Translations under genes and position numbers: made by a program | Shown: positions 13,376-23,904 of the stretch, one piece after another | Position numbering within the stretch: position 1 is the first letter of the stretch | How the letters are laid out: each line of letters opens with the position of its first letter | Notes under the pieces: model-generated | Seen by the model: only the letters and a program-made list of their open reading frames with translations | Database searches by the model: none | Told to the model about the DNA's origin: nothing | Assembly: GCF_018977255.1 (NCBI RefSeq) | Contig: NW_024704742.1 | Location: 122,638,001 to 122,702,000, forward strand | Source of the DNA: Callorhinchus milii | Taxonomy: Eukaryota | Length of the DNA stretch: 64,000 nucleotides | Direction: 5' to 3'

Positions 13376-13564
13376 TAAATGTAAATTGTATTGGATATAT
13401 TGTAAATCCTGTAGAGGGATGGGTATTTTATTTAACCTTGCTGTTTTCCTCATAATTAAGTCGCCATGCTGTCAATATCCCGGCTGCTTCTCATGTAAAA
13501 TATTCATAAGGAACTCGCCTTACTTGTCATCCCACTTAACGTGTAACTAGTCGGATTTTAGAAC

Positions 13565-14312
13565 ATGCTTGGACTCTTTTCTCTTGAAAAACAGAGGGTA
13601 AGGGGTGACCTGATAGAGGTCTTTAAAATGATGAAAGATTTTGATAGGGTAGACATAGGGAAGATGTTTCCACTTGTGGGGGAGACCAAAATCAAGGGTC
13701 ATCAATATAAAATAGTCACAAATAGATCAAATAGGGAAGTTAGAAGAAATTTCTTTACACAGTCCTGTAGCTCAGTGGTTAGAGCACTCGCTTTGCAAGC
13801 GAGAGACCTGAGTTCAATCCCAGGCAGTGGGCGAAACCTTGGGCAAGTTTCCTTACTCCACACGCCTAATAATAATCCCTCCAAAACCAAAAAAAAAACA
13901 ATAACAAATTGGTCATTTTCAATCTACGACTGTTTGTGGGACACTGCTGTGCGCAATTGGCTGCCGCGTTCGCCCACAAATATACAGTCAATTCACTTTC
14001 CAGTGTGTTCTGTGAAGCGCTTTGGGACATCCTCCCGACGTAAAAAGCGCTATATCAAATGCAAGGATTATTATTATTATTATTACAGAGAGTAGTGGGA
14101 ACATGCTACCACAAGGAGTTGTTGAGGTAAGTAGCATAGATGTATGTATGAAGGGAAAGCTAGATAGGTACATGAGGGAGAAAGGAATAGAAGGTTATGC
14201 TTGAAGGCTTAGTTGAGGGAGGGCAGGAGGAGGCTCATGTGGCGCATAAACACCGGCATAGACCAGTTGGGCCGAATGGCCTGTTTCTGTGCTGTTTATT
14301 CTAATGTATTTT
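13565..14312 (+). mobile_element. CR1 3' end interrupted by a SINE
   Basis: LGLFSLEKQRVRGDLIEVFK...RRNFFTQ continues after the SINE as agagagtagtgggaac and ends in gggccgaatggcctgtttctgtgctg; collinear with 4917-5350. Confidence 0.92.
13761..14084 (+). mobile_element. Young tRNA(Ala)-headed SINE, short subfamily, nested in CR1
   Basis: A box tagctcagtgg, anticodon arm ctcgc-tttgcaa-gcgag, B box gagttcaatccc, (ATT)n tail; short ac/acag duplication at the junctions. Confidence 0.95.
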
Positions 14313-14361
14313 AGAAATTCTTGTAAGTACAGTACTAACAATGTAAAGCTGATCAGATAGC

Positions 14362-14560
14362 TACAACAACAAGAAGTTGCACTTATATAGCACCCTCCAT
14401 GCAGAGCGCTTACTGGCGGAGCCTGACTCTGAGCCGGGGATGGGAGGTGGCCGTAAGCACGGTCGAAGAGGAAAGTTTTCAGTTGGGACTTGAAAAAGCG
14501 GAGAGAGGGGGCAAGGCGGAGGGATTGAGGGAGAGCGTTCCAGAGATTCGGGGCGAAGTG
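14362..14560 (-). mobile_element. L2 3' end
   Basis: acaacaacaagaagttgcacttatatagc tail; same subfamily as 40363-40703. Confidence 0.8.
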
Positions 14561-14673
14561 CTAGTCCTAGTCCCATCACAGAGGCCTCCTACCCTATCCC
14601 GTGACTAGGGCGGGTGCTCAGTGGAGGCTGGGTGCATATGCTCAGATGCATCACAGAGGCCTCTAGTCTATTG

Positions 14674-14997
14674 TGGAGTCCTGTAGCTCAGTGGTTAGAG
14701 CACTCGCTTTGCAAGTGAGAGACCTGAGTTCAATTCCAGGCAGAGGGCGAAACCTTGGGCAAGTTTCCTTACTCCACACAGAGCCTAATAATAATCCCTC
14801 CAAAACCAAAAACAATAATAAATTGGTCATTTTCAATCTACGACTGTTTGTGGGACATTGCTGTGCGCAATTGGCTGCCGCGTTCGCCCACAAATATACA
14901 GTCAATTCACTTTACAGTGTGTTCTGTGAAGCGCTTTGGGACGTCCTCCCGACGTGAAAAGCGCTATATCAAATGCAAGGATTATTATTATTATTGT
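14674..14997 (+). mobile_element. Young tRNA(Ala)-headed SINE, short subfamily, full length
   Basis: tggagtcctgtagctcagtggttagagcactcgctttgcaagtgagagacctgagttcaattcc...gcaaggattattatt; nearly identical to 41262, 43624 and 49340; tattg at both junctions. Matches my recollection of the elephant-shark SINE2-1_CM consensus (unverified). Confidence 0.96.
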
Positions 14998-15339
14998 TAT
15001 TGGAGAGCCATGCCATTGCCTCCTGTGACACGATAGGGTGGGAGGTCACGGTGCAGACCTCTAACAGACCAGAGGCCTCTGCGATGGATCTGAGAATGCG
15101 CACCCAACCTCCGTCAAGCAGCTGCACCAATCACAGTGCCCCCAGTGCCCTGGAAGACCTGGACCTAATTAGCCACTCTGGATAATTAGACGCTGAGCCC
15201 TTTTCCCTCGGAGTGACAAATTATGAAGAGTTTCTGTACATCCAGTGAAAACTCTGGGGGAGGAGGAAGTGAATGTTTTAGCACAGATCCAATATGATAA
15301 TTATCACATTGAGTCTGTTAATAAACATAACTCTATGGA

Positions 15340-16225
15340 GTGGGGGGGGGGGGGGGGGGGGTGGGGGGGGGGGGAGGTGACCATAGGCAAGAATAAAGAG
15401 GTAAGTTTTTAAGGTGTTTTTTGAAGACAAATCAAGAGGGGACAAGATGGGGGGAGTGAGGGGTGGAGTTCCAGAGGATGGGAGGATTGTGGTTGAAGGT
15501 TCGTCTGCTGATGTGACAGATGGGGTTGGGGACATGCAGCAGGCCTGACTTTGCTGAGCGGAGGAGGTGAGCAGAAAGGAGAGGTTGGAGAAGATCACAG
15601 AGATATTGGAGAGGACAAAGGGATTTACAAGAGAGAGTGAGAAAGTTGATCTACTGGGAGACTGGGAGCCTAGCGAGGATGGGGGTGATGGGCATGTAAA
15701 GCTTCTTTCATCCAGTAATCCTTGCATTTGATACAGCATTTTAGCACATATCAAAGGACTTCAAAGTATATACTTTACTGTAAAGTGGTGTGGCTGTGTA
15801 TTTTGTAGGTAGAGGTAAAGATATGGGCAGCAGAATTTTGAATGAGCCGGAGCTTGCAGATGGTGGAGCTTGGCAGGACAGGATGGCCTTTGAGAATGAG
15901 ACTGTGGGTGACAAACGTGTGAACAAAGGTTTTTAGCCAGTATTGGGAGTGAAGTAAGGATAGAGACGAGCGATATGACCATGATGCAGAAAGCAAACTC
16001 GGTCAGGAATCGGATGTGGGCAAGGACTTAAAGCTGAGGATGCACTGAACACCAGGTTGCGAACTGGATCAGTAAGTTGGAGAGAGAGAGAGAGAATTCT
16101 GGCAGGTTGAGGGCGTCAGAGCCAGAAGCAAGGAGGTGTTGGCGGGAGCCAAGGAGGATGCCTTCTGTTTAGTCCACACAAAGAAAGTTTAGGCTCATTC
16201 AACACTTGATGTCCTGACAAGCCAG
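15340..16225 (-). mobile_element. Degraded L2 fragments (G-run is the L2 C-rich 3' UTR)
   Basis: Frames KTFVHTFVT...LPSSTICKLRLIQNSAAHI and KNTLKTYLF..AY; SINE tail piece at about 15716-15810. Confidence 0.7.
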
Positions 16226-17514
16226 CAGGCAGAACAGCAGTGGACCTGGAATCAATTTTTTACTCAAACTTTTATATTTGAGTAGGTGAAGTGGAGGCTG
16301 AGTGAAAATCAGATCTCAGTTTTGTGCATTTTGCTACTTTTCCCTTCCTCTTCCCTCACTAAATCATCCAGGATTGAAAACAATAAATCATCCATAAAAC
16401 ATTCATGTTTCTGGACAGTCTCAAGTCCTCTGAAAATCAACGACAATAAATGGCTGGATATATGAAAACAGTTTTTCAGTTTGTAGGCAGCTGTCAGTGA
16501 CAGTTCATCACATTTATAATATGTCTTTAAAATAGCCACTGATCTTATTAAGACCAGAATCTAACTGCTGAAAGTCTGGAAGAGAATTGAAACTGAGAAC
16601 AAATGAGCAGTTTCATGGGAGTGAAACCTGGACTGAAACCAACCCAGCAGAAACCACAAATCATCTGAAATGTTAACAGAAACCACAACTGGATTCAAAA
16701 GCCCATTTACATGTAGATCAATATCCCAGAGAATAGGGAATCCACCCACTGTTCACCTCTTTACATATCTTAAAAATTCCTCAATCTAATTTGCTAACAC
16801 TACCTTTTTATTAACATCTAATTACTGCCATAACATAATAGAAGCAGAGAAAAAGAAAACCGTAATTTGCTCTCATATAGCATCTTTTGCACTGAGTACA
16901 AGATATTTTAAACTGTTTCTGGCTGTTGCCTTGAAAAAAATTGGAGATTAAAAAGGAAGCAAAATATTTTCTTCAGATTAACTGTATGGGTTAATACATG
17001 TCTCTGTGCTCACTGTATCCATTTCTTTGCTCAGTGTTCACTTTCTAGGAAGTGGTGAAACTGATCATAGCATAATGGCTGCTTTTGAGCTATTCATATA
17101 GGCAGAATTTTAACAATGATTCAGTTATATAGTGCCTTTCACGTTGGGAGAACATCTTGAACTGCTTCACACAGCTACAAGAACAACAACTTGCATTTAT
17201 ATAGCGCCCTTCATACGGAAAGGCATTTCAGAGCGCTTAAACTGGGCATTCAAGCTGGGGGAGAGGCAAACTGAGTAGGATCGGGAGGGAGGTAGATGTG
17301 TTGTACTGGAACAATTCCTCCGGTAATGTTTGAACTATAACAGGGAAATTATTTCTTCTGAGTGTACAATATTATACGTAGCAAAATTCAATAGAATTGG
17401 GGCAAATTGTGGATAGATTGAAATTTCAATCTTTTAGGTCTTAGGCCATAAGGTAAACTCTGACTTGCTTCCAAGACAAACAAACAGAGAGGAGCTAGAA
17501 CTGCTACTTGTTGA

Positions 17515-18442
17515 ACAAAATGCAAAATACTGCAGATGCTGGAAATCTGAAACAAAAACAGAAGTCGCTGGGAACACTCAGCAGGTCAGGCAGCGTCTAT
17601 GGAGAAAGGAAAATGCGTCAAGGTTTCGGGTCCACGACCCTTCATCGGAACTGGGGCACGTTGGGAGGGAGAGGCTTTCAAGTGCTAACAGAGATGGGGG
17701 AGGCAGGGCAAAGAAGACAAAGGAGAAATGTGCTGGAGGACAGGGGATGATGGGTTAAAGAGGTATCAGTGATGCAAAACAAAGGTGGGGAGGTGGGAAT
17801 TGCAACAAAATAGGCAGACCAGAGAGAGAAAAGGTGTGCTGGGACCCAGATCATGTGGTTATGGTCACAGAAGAGGGGGAGGGGAAGGTGATCTGTTATG
17901 GTCTGAAATTATTTAAATTAATATTGAGGTCCCTGGCAGATAAATAAGGTGCTGTATCTTGAGCTTGCGCTATGACTCATTGGAACATCGTAGGAGACCG
18001 TGGATGGAGAAGTCAGAGTGCAAGTCAGAGGGAGAGTTGAAGTGGCAAGAAACTGGAAGATCAGAGTTGTGCTTGCGCACAGAACCAAGGTGTTCGGCCC
18101 AATCTGCGTTTCGTCTGCCCATTGTAGATGCCCATGTCATGAGCAGAGAATGCAGTAAACTACATTGGTGGTAGTACATGTAAATCACTGTCTCACTTGA
18201 AATCTGTATTTGGAGCCCTGGACAGTGGTATGGGAGGAGATGAAAGGGCAGGTATTGCATTTCCTGCGCTGGCATGGGAAGGTGCCGGGGGGAGGAGAGC
18301 AACTGTAAGTGGTGAAGGAGGAATGAACCAGGGAGTCATGGAGGGAATGCTACCTTCAGAATGCTGGGAGGGGAGGGAAAGATATGTTTAGTGGTTGGAT
18401 CACCCTGGAGGTGCTGGAAATAGCGGCAAATTATTTATTGGG
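17515..18442 (-). mobile_element. Penelope-like retroelement, 5'-truncated: GIY-YIG endonuclease pseudogene plus 3' terminal repeat, 14-bp TSD
   Basis: Minus strand reads GTFPCQRRKCNTCPF...FQVRQ*FTCTTTNVVYCILCS*..(frameshift)GIYNGQTKRRLG..(frameshift)AEHLGSVRKHNSDLPVSCHFNSP, i.e. a Cys-rich linker plus GIY-YIG motifs; ctgctacttgttga duplicated at 17501-17514 and 18443-18456. Confidence 0.92.
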
Positions 18443-19744
18443 CTGCTACTTGTTGATCTGGGCACTTTCTGGGTTGTTGATAAAGGTTTCCTACAGGTCT
18501 GCTTTTAGAGGAGGGTGGCTTACAGCTGGATGGGAGTGACTTTGGTAAAGTAAAACATGGCGCCTCAGATTAAAAAGTGATTTATTTTACATCAGCCAGA
18601 TGTCTGGAATAAGCAGAAATCCATCGCCATTTTTAAGAATACCCAGACGAAAATACTGAGGGGGAGCAGGATTTCTTTTGGTCAGCCAGTGCCTGACACA
18701 TGAGAAAAACCATCATCATGCTTAAGAGTAGCTAAACCAGACTGAGTACCACATATGTGTGTTTCCCCCCACTACCCCCACATACACATGCACATAAATA
18801 TCCATGTGCTGGAATGGAATGCGCAATCTCTCCCTGGAGGAAGGCACGCTACTTACCTAATTCTGGAGAGTATTAAGTGCAGGTTGGCAAAAATCAAGAT
18901 TTGGGGACCAAGACCCCAGAGTATGCATTGGGGTATTGTTGGGGTTTAACCAGCTAAAACCACGTAGGGAGAGCAGGAAGAATTAGGAGTTGTGGACAAA
19001 CCATCCAGCAAGTAGATGTTCATCCAGTCTGTTTCCAATGTGTCCTCATTCCATTTTGCATTGCAAGCTATTTTGGGTTATAATTTTGTGCTACAATCCG
19101 TATTTGAGTCAGATAATCTTTTTCATAGCAGGCAAATTCGAAGTTCACCTCATACAATTTATAAAATTGTATTCCCAAGCTCACAAACGTTGTGTTTTGT
19201 TCGTCAGGAGACAAAGCTGCTAATGTATTTGGAAATATTTAAATTACTTGCTCTGCTTTCCAAAAAACTGTCTCTATATGTTTCTCAGAGATTGTGTTAT
19301 AAAGTATTAGTAGAGCAGAGCTTCATTATAATAACGCCTTCGGAAGTTGAACTAAAAGGCCTCTTGTAGCAAGAGACTTTATTACAAACTAAGGGAGCTT
19401 TGTTTGGTTTCTCAGTTAGTGATAGAGCTTTAAACAATGGGCTCAATTTTATCAGGGTAAATAAAGTTGGTGCGAAATGCTATTTGCATCAAATGCATGG
19501 ACAAAAGCAAAATTGTAAACATACAAATTTAGCTCAACTGTCTGAAAGCAGAGACTTTGCTTAGAAAGGATTACAGCACAAATAATAACAATAAAACATC
19601 AAATGTTCTCAAGTGAATGCAAGCTTTACCAATAGGCTATGTAATGGCTGATCAAAATCCACATACCATACATAGATATAGAATATTTTCATGGGAAGTG
19701 AAACAAACACTTATTCTCCATATTTGTTAGTCTATAAAACAGGG

Positions 19745-20338
19745 AGCTTAAAGATCCCATGACACTAGTAAAAGGAAGATGGAATTGTCTCCCACTTTCC
19801 TAGCAAACAATCTTGCTGATCAACTGATTATTCACTTCATGGCTGTTTGTGGGACTTTGCTTTAGGCAAAAAGGCTCTTGCGTTTTTGTCTGCAAAAAAA
19901 AGTCACTATATTTGACAGTTATTACCAGTTAAGTGCTTTGACATATTTTCAGTTGATCAAGCCTTAAATAAGAAAATTGTAAGTTCTCTCTCCTCTTTAG
20001 TTGTCAGTTTGGCTTAGTTGGCAGCACTCTTGCCTCTGGATCTGAGGTACTGGGTGAGCACTGCATTGTTAGACGTGCCTTACTTTGGATGAGATGTCTC
20101 AATTGCCTGTTCGGGTGGACGTCAAAAATCCAGTGGCACTATTCGCAAAGGTAAGAATTTCTTCCTGATGTTCTGGCCAACAATTCTCCAGAATAAATGG
20201 AACATCAAGAAAAAGGTATTGGCATGTTACTCTGCACAAATTAACTGCTGTGTTTCCTACAAAGGTCGAGTCACTACAATTGACAGCAATAACTTTGACA
20301 CATTTCCATGGTATAAATACTATGTGAAATTGAAGAAA
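19745..20338 (+). mobile_element. Old Deu-domain SINE fragments (two copies)
   Basis: aaagatcccatgacacta..ggctgtttgtgggactttgc; second copy tgtcagtttggcttagttggcagcactcttgcctctg..ggtggacgtcaaaaatccagtggcactatt. Confidence 0.7.
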
Positions 20339-20354
20339 TATTCTTATCTAGCAA

Positions 20355-20540
20355 CAAAAACATAAGTCACTGGGAACACTCAGCAGGTCAGGCAGCATCT
20401 ATGGAGAAAGGAAAGTGAGTCAACATTTTGGGTCAAAACAGTCGTGGACCTGAAATGTTTACTCACTTTCCTTTGTCCATCGATCCTGTCTGACCTGCTG
20501 AGTGCTCCCAGATTTCCATCATCTGCAGTATTTTGTGTTT
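20355..20540 (+). mobile_element. Short palindromic PLE terminal-repeat element with 16-bp TSD
   Basis: ctgggaacactcagcaggtcaggcagcatctatgga...tccatcgatcctgtctgacctgctgagtgctcccag inverted arms; ends ctgcagtattttgtgttt; tattcttatctagcaa at 20339-20354 and 20541-20556. Confidence 0.85.
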
Positions 20541-21927
20541 TATTCTTATCTAGCAATCAGTTACAGAACTCATTCACCTCACAAGGTTCTCCATGCTGTT
20601 TGATGCTATCAGGTGTGAGTTTTCTCCAGGGCTTGTTGTGTGCTCTTTTATTGTGATTTATCACCCTCCTGATTTAAAGGGGTCTTGCTCAATAAATGTT
20701 TGGCAAACCACATCAGAGATCATGTCTGGAAGCATAGTCTGATACAATCTCCCTCTCATTGTTTTGGTGAGCCTCTTGTATTTGTGTGAGAGACAAAGAG
20801 CATTCTGTCCATCTCATCCCATAGAACCATACAGCAAAGAAGGCCGTTCAGTATATGTGCTGGTTCTTTGAAAGAGCCACCAATTCAGTCCCCTTTACAA
20901 CAACCACAACAAAATTACATTTGTATAGCTCCTTTCACGTCGGGAGGACGTCCCAAGGTGCTGCCTTTACCTCATATCCCTTAAATTTACTCTTTTATTT
21001 TTATCTAATTCCCTCTTGAGAGCTAATATGGATTCTCTCTAAACCCCACATCCTAACAACTATGCAAAAAAAATTCTCTTATTCCTGCCTTTGGAACATA
21101 GGAACAAAGTAGGCCATTCAGCCCCTTGAGCCCTTTCCGCCATTCTATTATATCATGGCTGATCTTTGCTGCTTTGCTTTCTTAAACTAATGCCCAAACC
21201 TCACTGAATCACTGAACAATGGAAATATTTTTTGCTATAAAAAACCCTCATCAAGACCTTTATCAGTTGCCCCATCAGGTGCCCCCATTGCAAGATTTGC
21301 TCAGTTGCCTTCTTGTTGATTTTAACTTCCTTTGTCTAATTCAGCATTATAACCCACGCTTCACGAAGCAGTGCTTTATTAGCATATTTTCCCATTTGCC
21401 CACATCTCATCACTTCTAATCAATCCTAAAAAAAATGCACTTTGAAAAGAACTTCTCACAAAGATAAAGTGTTGAGTATTCTGGATTTTCATCTCTCTTG
21501 CCTTTTCTGGTCAGATTATATCTAAATCAAAGGTTGCCTGAAAAACGTACTTCACTGTGAAGTCCATAAAAAGAATAATGGTCTATTTTTAAGAAAGTGA
21601 GTTTACATTGAGATTTAATCTCAAGATGAGACAAAATAGGCAAGACAGGACTCACAAAGAGCCGCAGAGTAATGTTTTATTTTTATACAAATACTTTCAG
21701 ATAAAAGAACATGAATGAATGAAATGAATGAATCTCATATAACATAATAATAATAATAATCCTTGCATTTGATATAGCGCTTTTCACGTCGGGAGGACGT
21801 CCCAATGATTTAACGTTTTAAACTTTTAAAAAGCCTTTTAAGATGTTTCATAAACTTTCTTGCTCCAGGTGTCTGTGCCGTGCTATGCTGATATCCCAGA
21901 AAACCAAATGCATTGGATCTCCATTGT

Positions 21928-22305
21928 GTGGAGTCCTGTAGCTCAGTGGTTAGAGCACTCGCTTCGCAAGTGAGAGACCTGAGTTTGATTCCTGGCGGGG
22001 AGAAATGTTGGCCAAGTTTCCGTACGCCGCAGGCCTCTGTTTACCTAGCAGTAAATAGGAACCCGGTTGTTAGTCGATTGGCGAATTATTTTTCCGAGGA
22101 TAATAATTCCTTCCAAAAAAGTAAATAAATAATAAATCGGTCACTTCAATCCACGACTGTTTGTGAGACACTGCTGTGCGCAATTGGCTTCCACATTTCA
22201 CCCACAAAATATAGTCATTTACTTTACAGTATATCCAGTGAAGCTCTTTGGGATGTCTTAAAGAGGTGATAAGGTGCTAGATCAAATGCAAGGATTATTA
22301 TTATT
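21928..22305 (+). mobile_element. tRNA-headed SINE, long subfamily, inserted in an old L2
   Basis: Full head to (ATT)n; attgt duplicated (21923-21927, 22306-22310); rejoined flanks read HWISIVEWIQFKI (L2 ORF2). Confidence 0.93.
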
Positions 22306-22550
22306 ATTGTCGAATGGATCCAGTTCAAGATCTTTGCCCTTCCTTTGAAGTCCCTCTATGATCTCGCCAAATCCTACCTCAATCCTTCTGACCTCAGCAA
22401 ACACCAACACCACTTCATGTCCACTGCCACATCCACCCTACAATCGGCAGGTGGGCTTTTTGCATTAAGGCATTCTGCCCTGTTCACTGGAACTCCATCC
22501 TGGAATCCCTCCAACTCGCTCTCTCCCTCCCCTCCTTCAATTCTCAAAGA

Positions 22551-23797
22551 CCATGGAGGGCTTTGAAGGTGAGGACCAGAATCTTGAACTGTATCCTCTG
22601 TGTGATGGGAAGCCAGTGGAGTCAGGCGAAGATGGGGGTGATGTGGTCACAGAGCCTGGTGCGGGAGAGCACACGAGTTGCAGCATTTTGGATGATCTGC
22701 AGGCTATGCAGGGAGGAGTTTGGAAGAATGACAAACAGGGAGTTTGCATAGTGAAGCCTGGATGTTATGAATATGTGTATGAGGGTGTTGCGGCCTGCGG
22801 AATGGGACAGTGGAGGAGTCGGGTGATGTCGTGGAGGTGGGGGAAGGCAGAGTGGGTCATGATACGGATGTTGGGTAAAAAAGATAGTTGAGAGTCAAAC
22901 AAGACCCCAAGGTTCTGGATTGGCTTAGTAAGGTGGAGTGTGCATCCATGAGGTGAGGAGGGCTGACAGAAGCCAATCAGGAGAGCCTCGGTCTTGTTGA
23001 CATTCAACTGATGAAAGTTAGCTCTCATCCAGGACTTGATGTCTGATAGACTTTCTGTCAGGACAGCAGTGATCCTGGAGTCAAGGGTTGAGGCAGAGAG
23101 TAGGATGTCATTCACATATGTGTGGAAGTTGACCCCATGTCTGCGGATGATGTCACCAAGAGGGAGCATATAGATATTGAAGAGGAGGGGACCAAGGACA
23201 GAGCCCTGAGGAATGTCGCACAAGATGAGAAGCCTCTAGCCCCCGCACTAGAGATTAAGATGAAGTGGAGATGGTGTGAGAGGTAGGATCCGAACCATGC
23301 AAGGACAGAACCATGAAAATTGAGGTGAGAGGAGAGGCGGTGGATGAGGATAAAGTGGTCAACGGTATTAAAGGCAGCAGAGAGTTCAAGGAGGACGAGG
23401 AGGCAGATGGAGCCCTGGTTGCAGATGAACAAAATGTCATTTGTCACTTTGACCAAAGCTGTTTCTGTGCTGTGGGAGGCACGGAAACTCGATTGGAGGG
23501 GTTCGTGAGGGGAGTGGCGGGAGAGGAAGGAACAAAGCTGGGAAGCAATGACTCATTCCAGAACCTTGGAAAGGAAGGTTGGAGATGGGGGTAGTTTGGG
23601 AGCATGGATGGGTCCAGGGAGGTTTTATTTTAAGGATAGGAGTGATGCCAGCCTTTTTAAAGGGATGGGAATGGTGCCAGTGGACAGGGAGAAGTTTATG
23701 ATGTCTGTGAGTAGAGAGGCAAGGAGGGTGGAGATAGGAGGTAAGGAGAGGGGTAGGGATGGGGTCGATGGAGCAGGTGGTTAGTTTCATGTGGGTT
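22551..23797 (-). mobile_element. L2 ORF2 reverse-transcriptase fragment (pseudogene)
   Basis: [54 protein letters not shown] (degenerate YADD), LNVNKTE, IIQNAA, LHWLP; many frameshifts. Confidence 0.95.
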
Positions 23798-23904
23798 ACA
23801 GTGTGTTATCATGCAGGTTACGAATGTAATATGGGATGTCTTCTCTATATATTCAAGTGAATTATATTGTATAATAGTCAAAGGTTTATCTTTCTGGATA
23901 CATC

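Noticed and set aside
13565..14095. 176-aa ORF
   Set aside because: Chance in-frame fusion of a CR1 ORF2 remnant with an inserted SINE.
14673..14957. Recurrent near-identical small ORFs (MESCSSVVRALAL..., MGKFPYST...) suggesting a gene family
   Set aside because: Translations of SINE copies; starts are mostly non-ATG and frames vary between copies.
15342..15375. Poly-G / G-quadruplex element
   Set aside because: Part of the C-rich L2 3' UTR on the minus strand; run length may be sequencing-sensitive.
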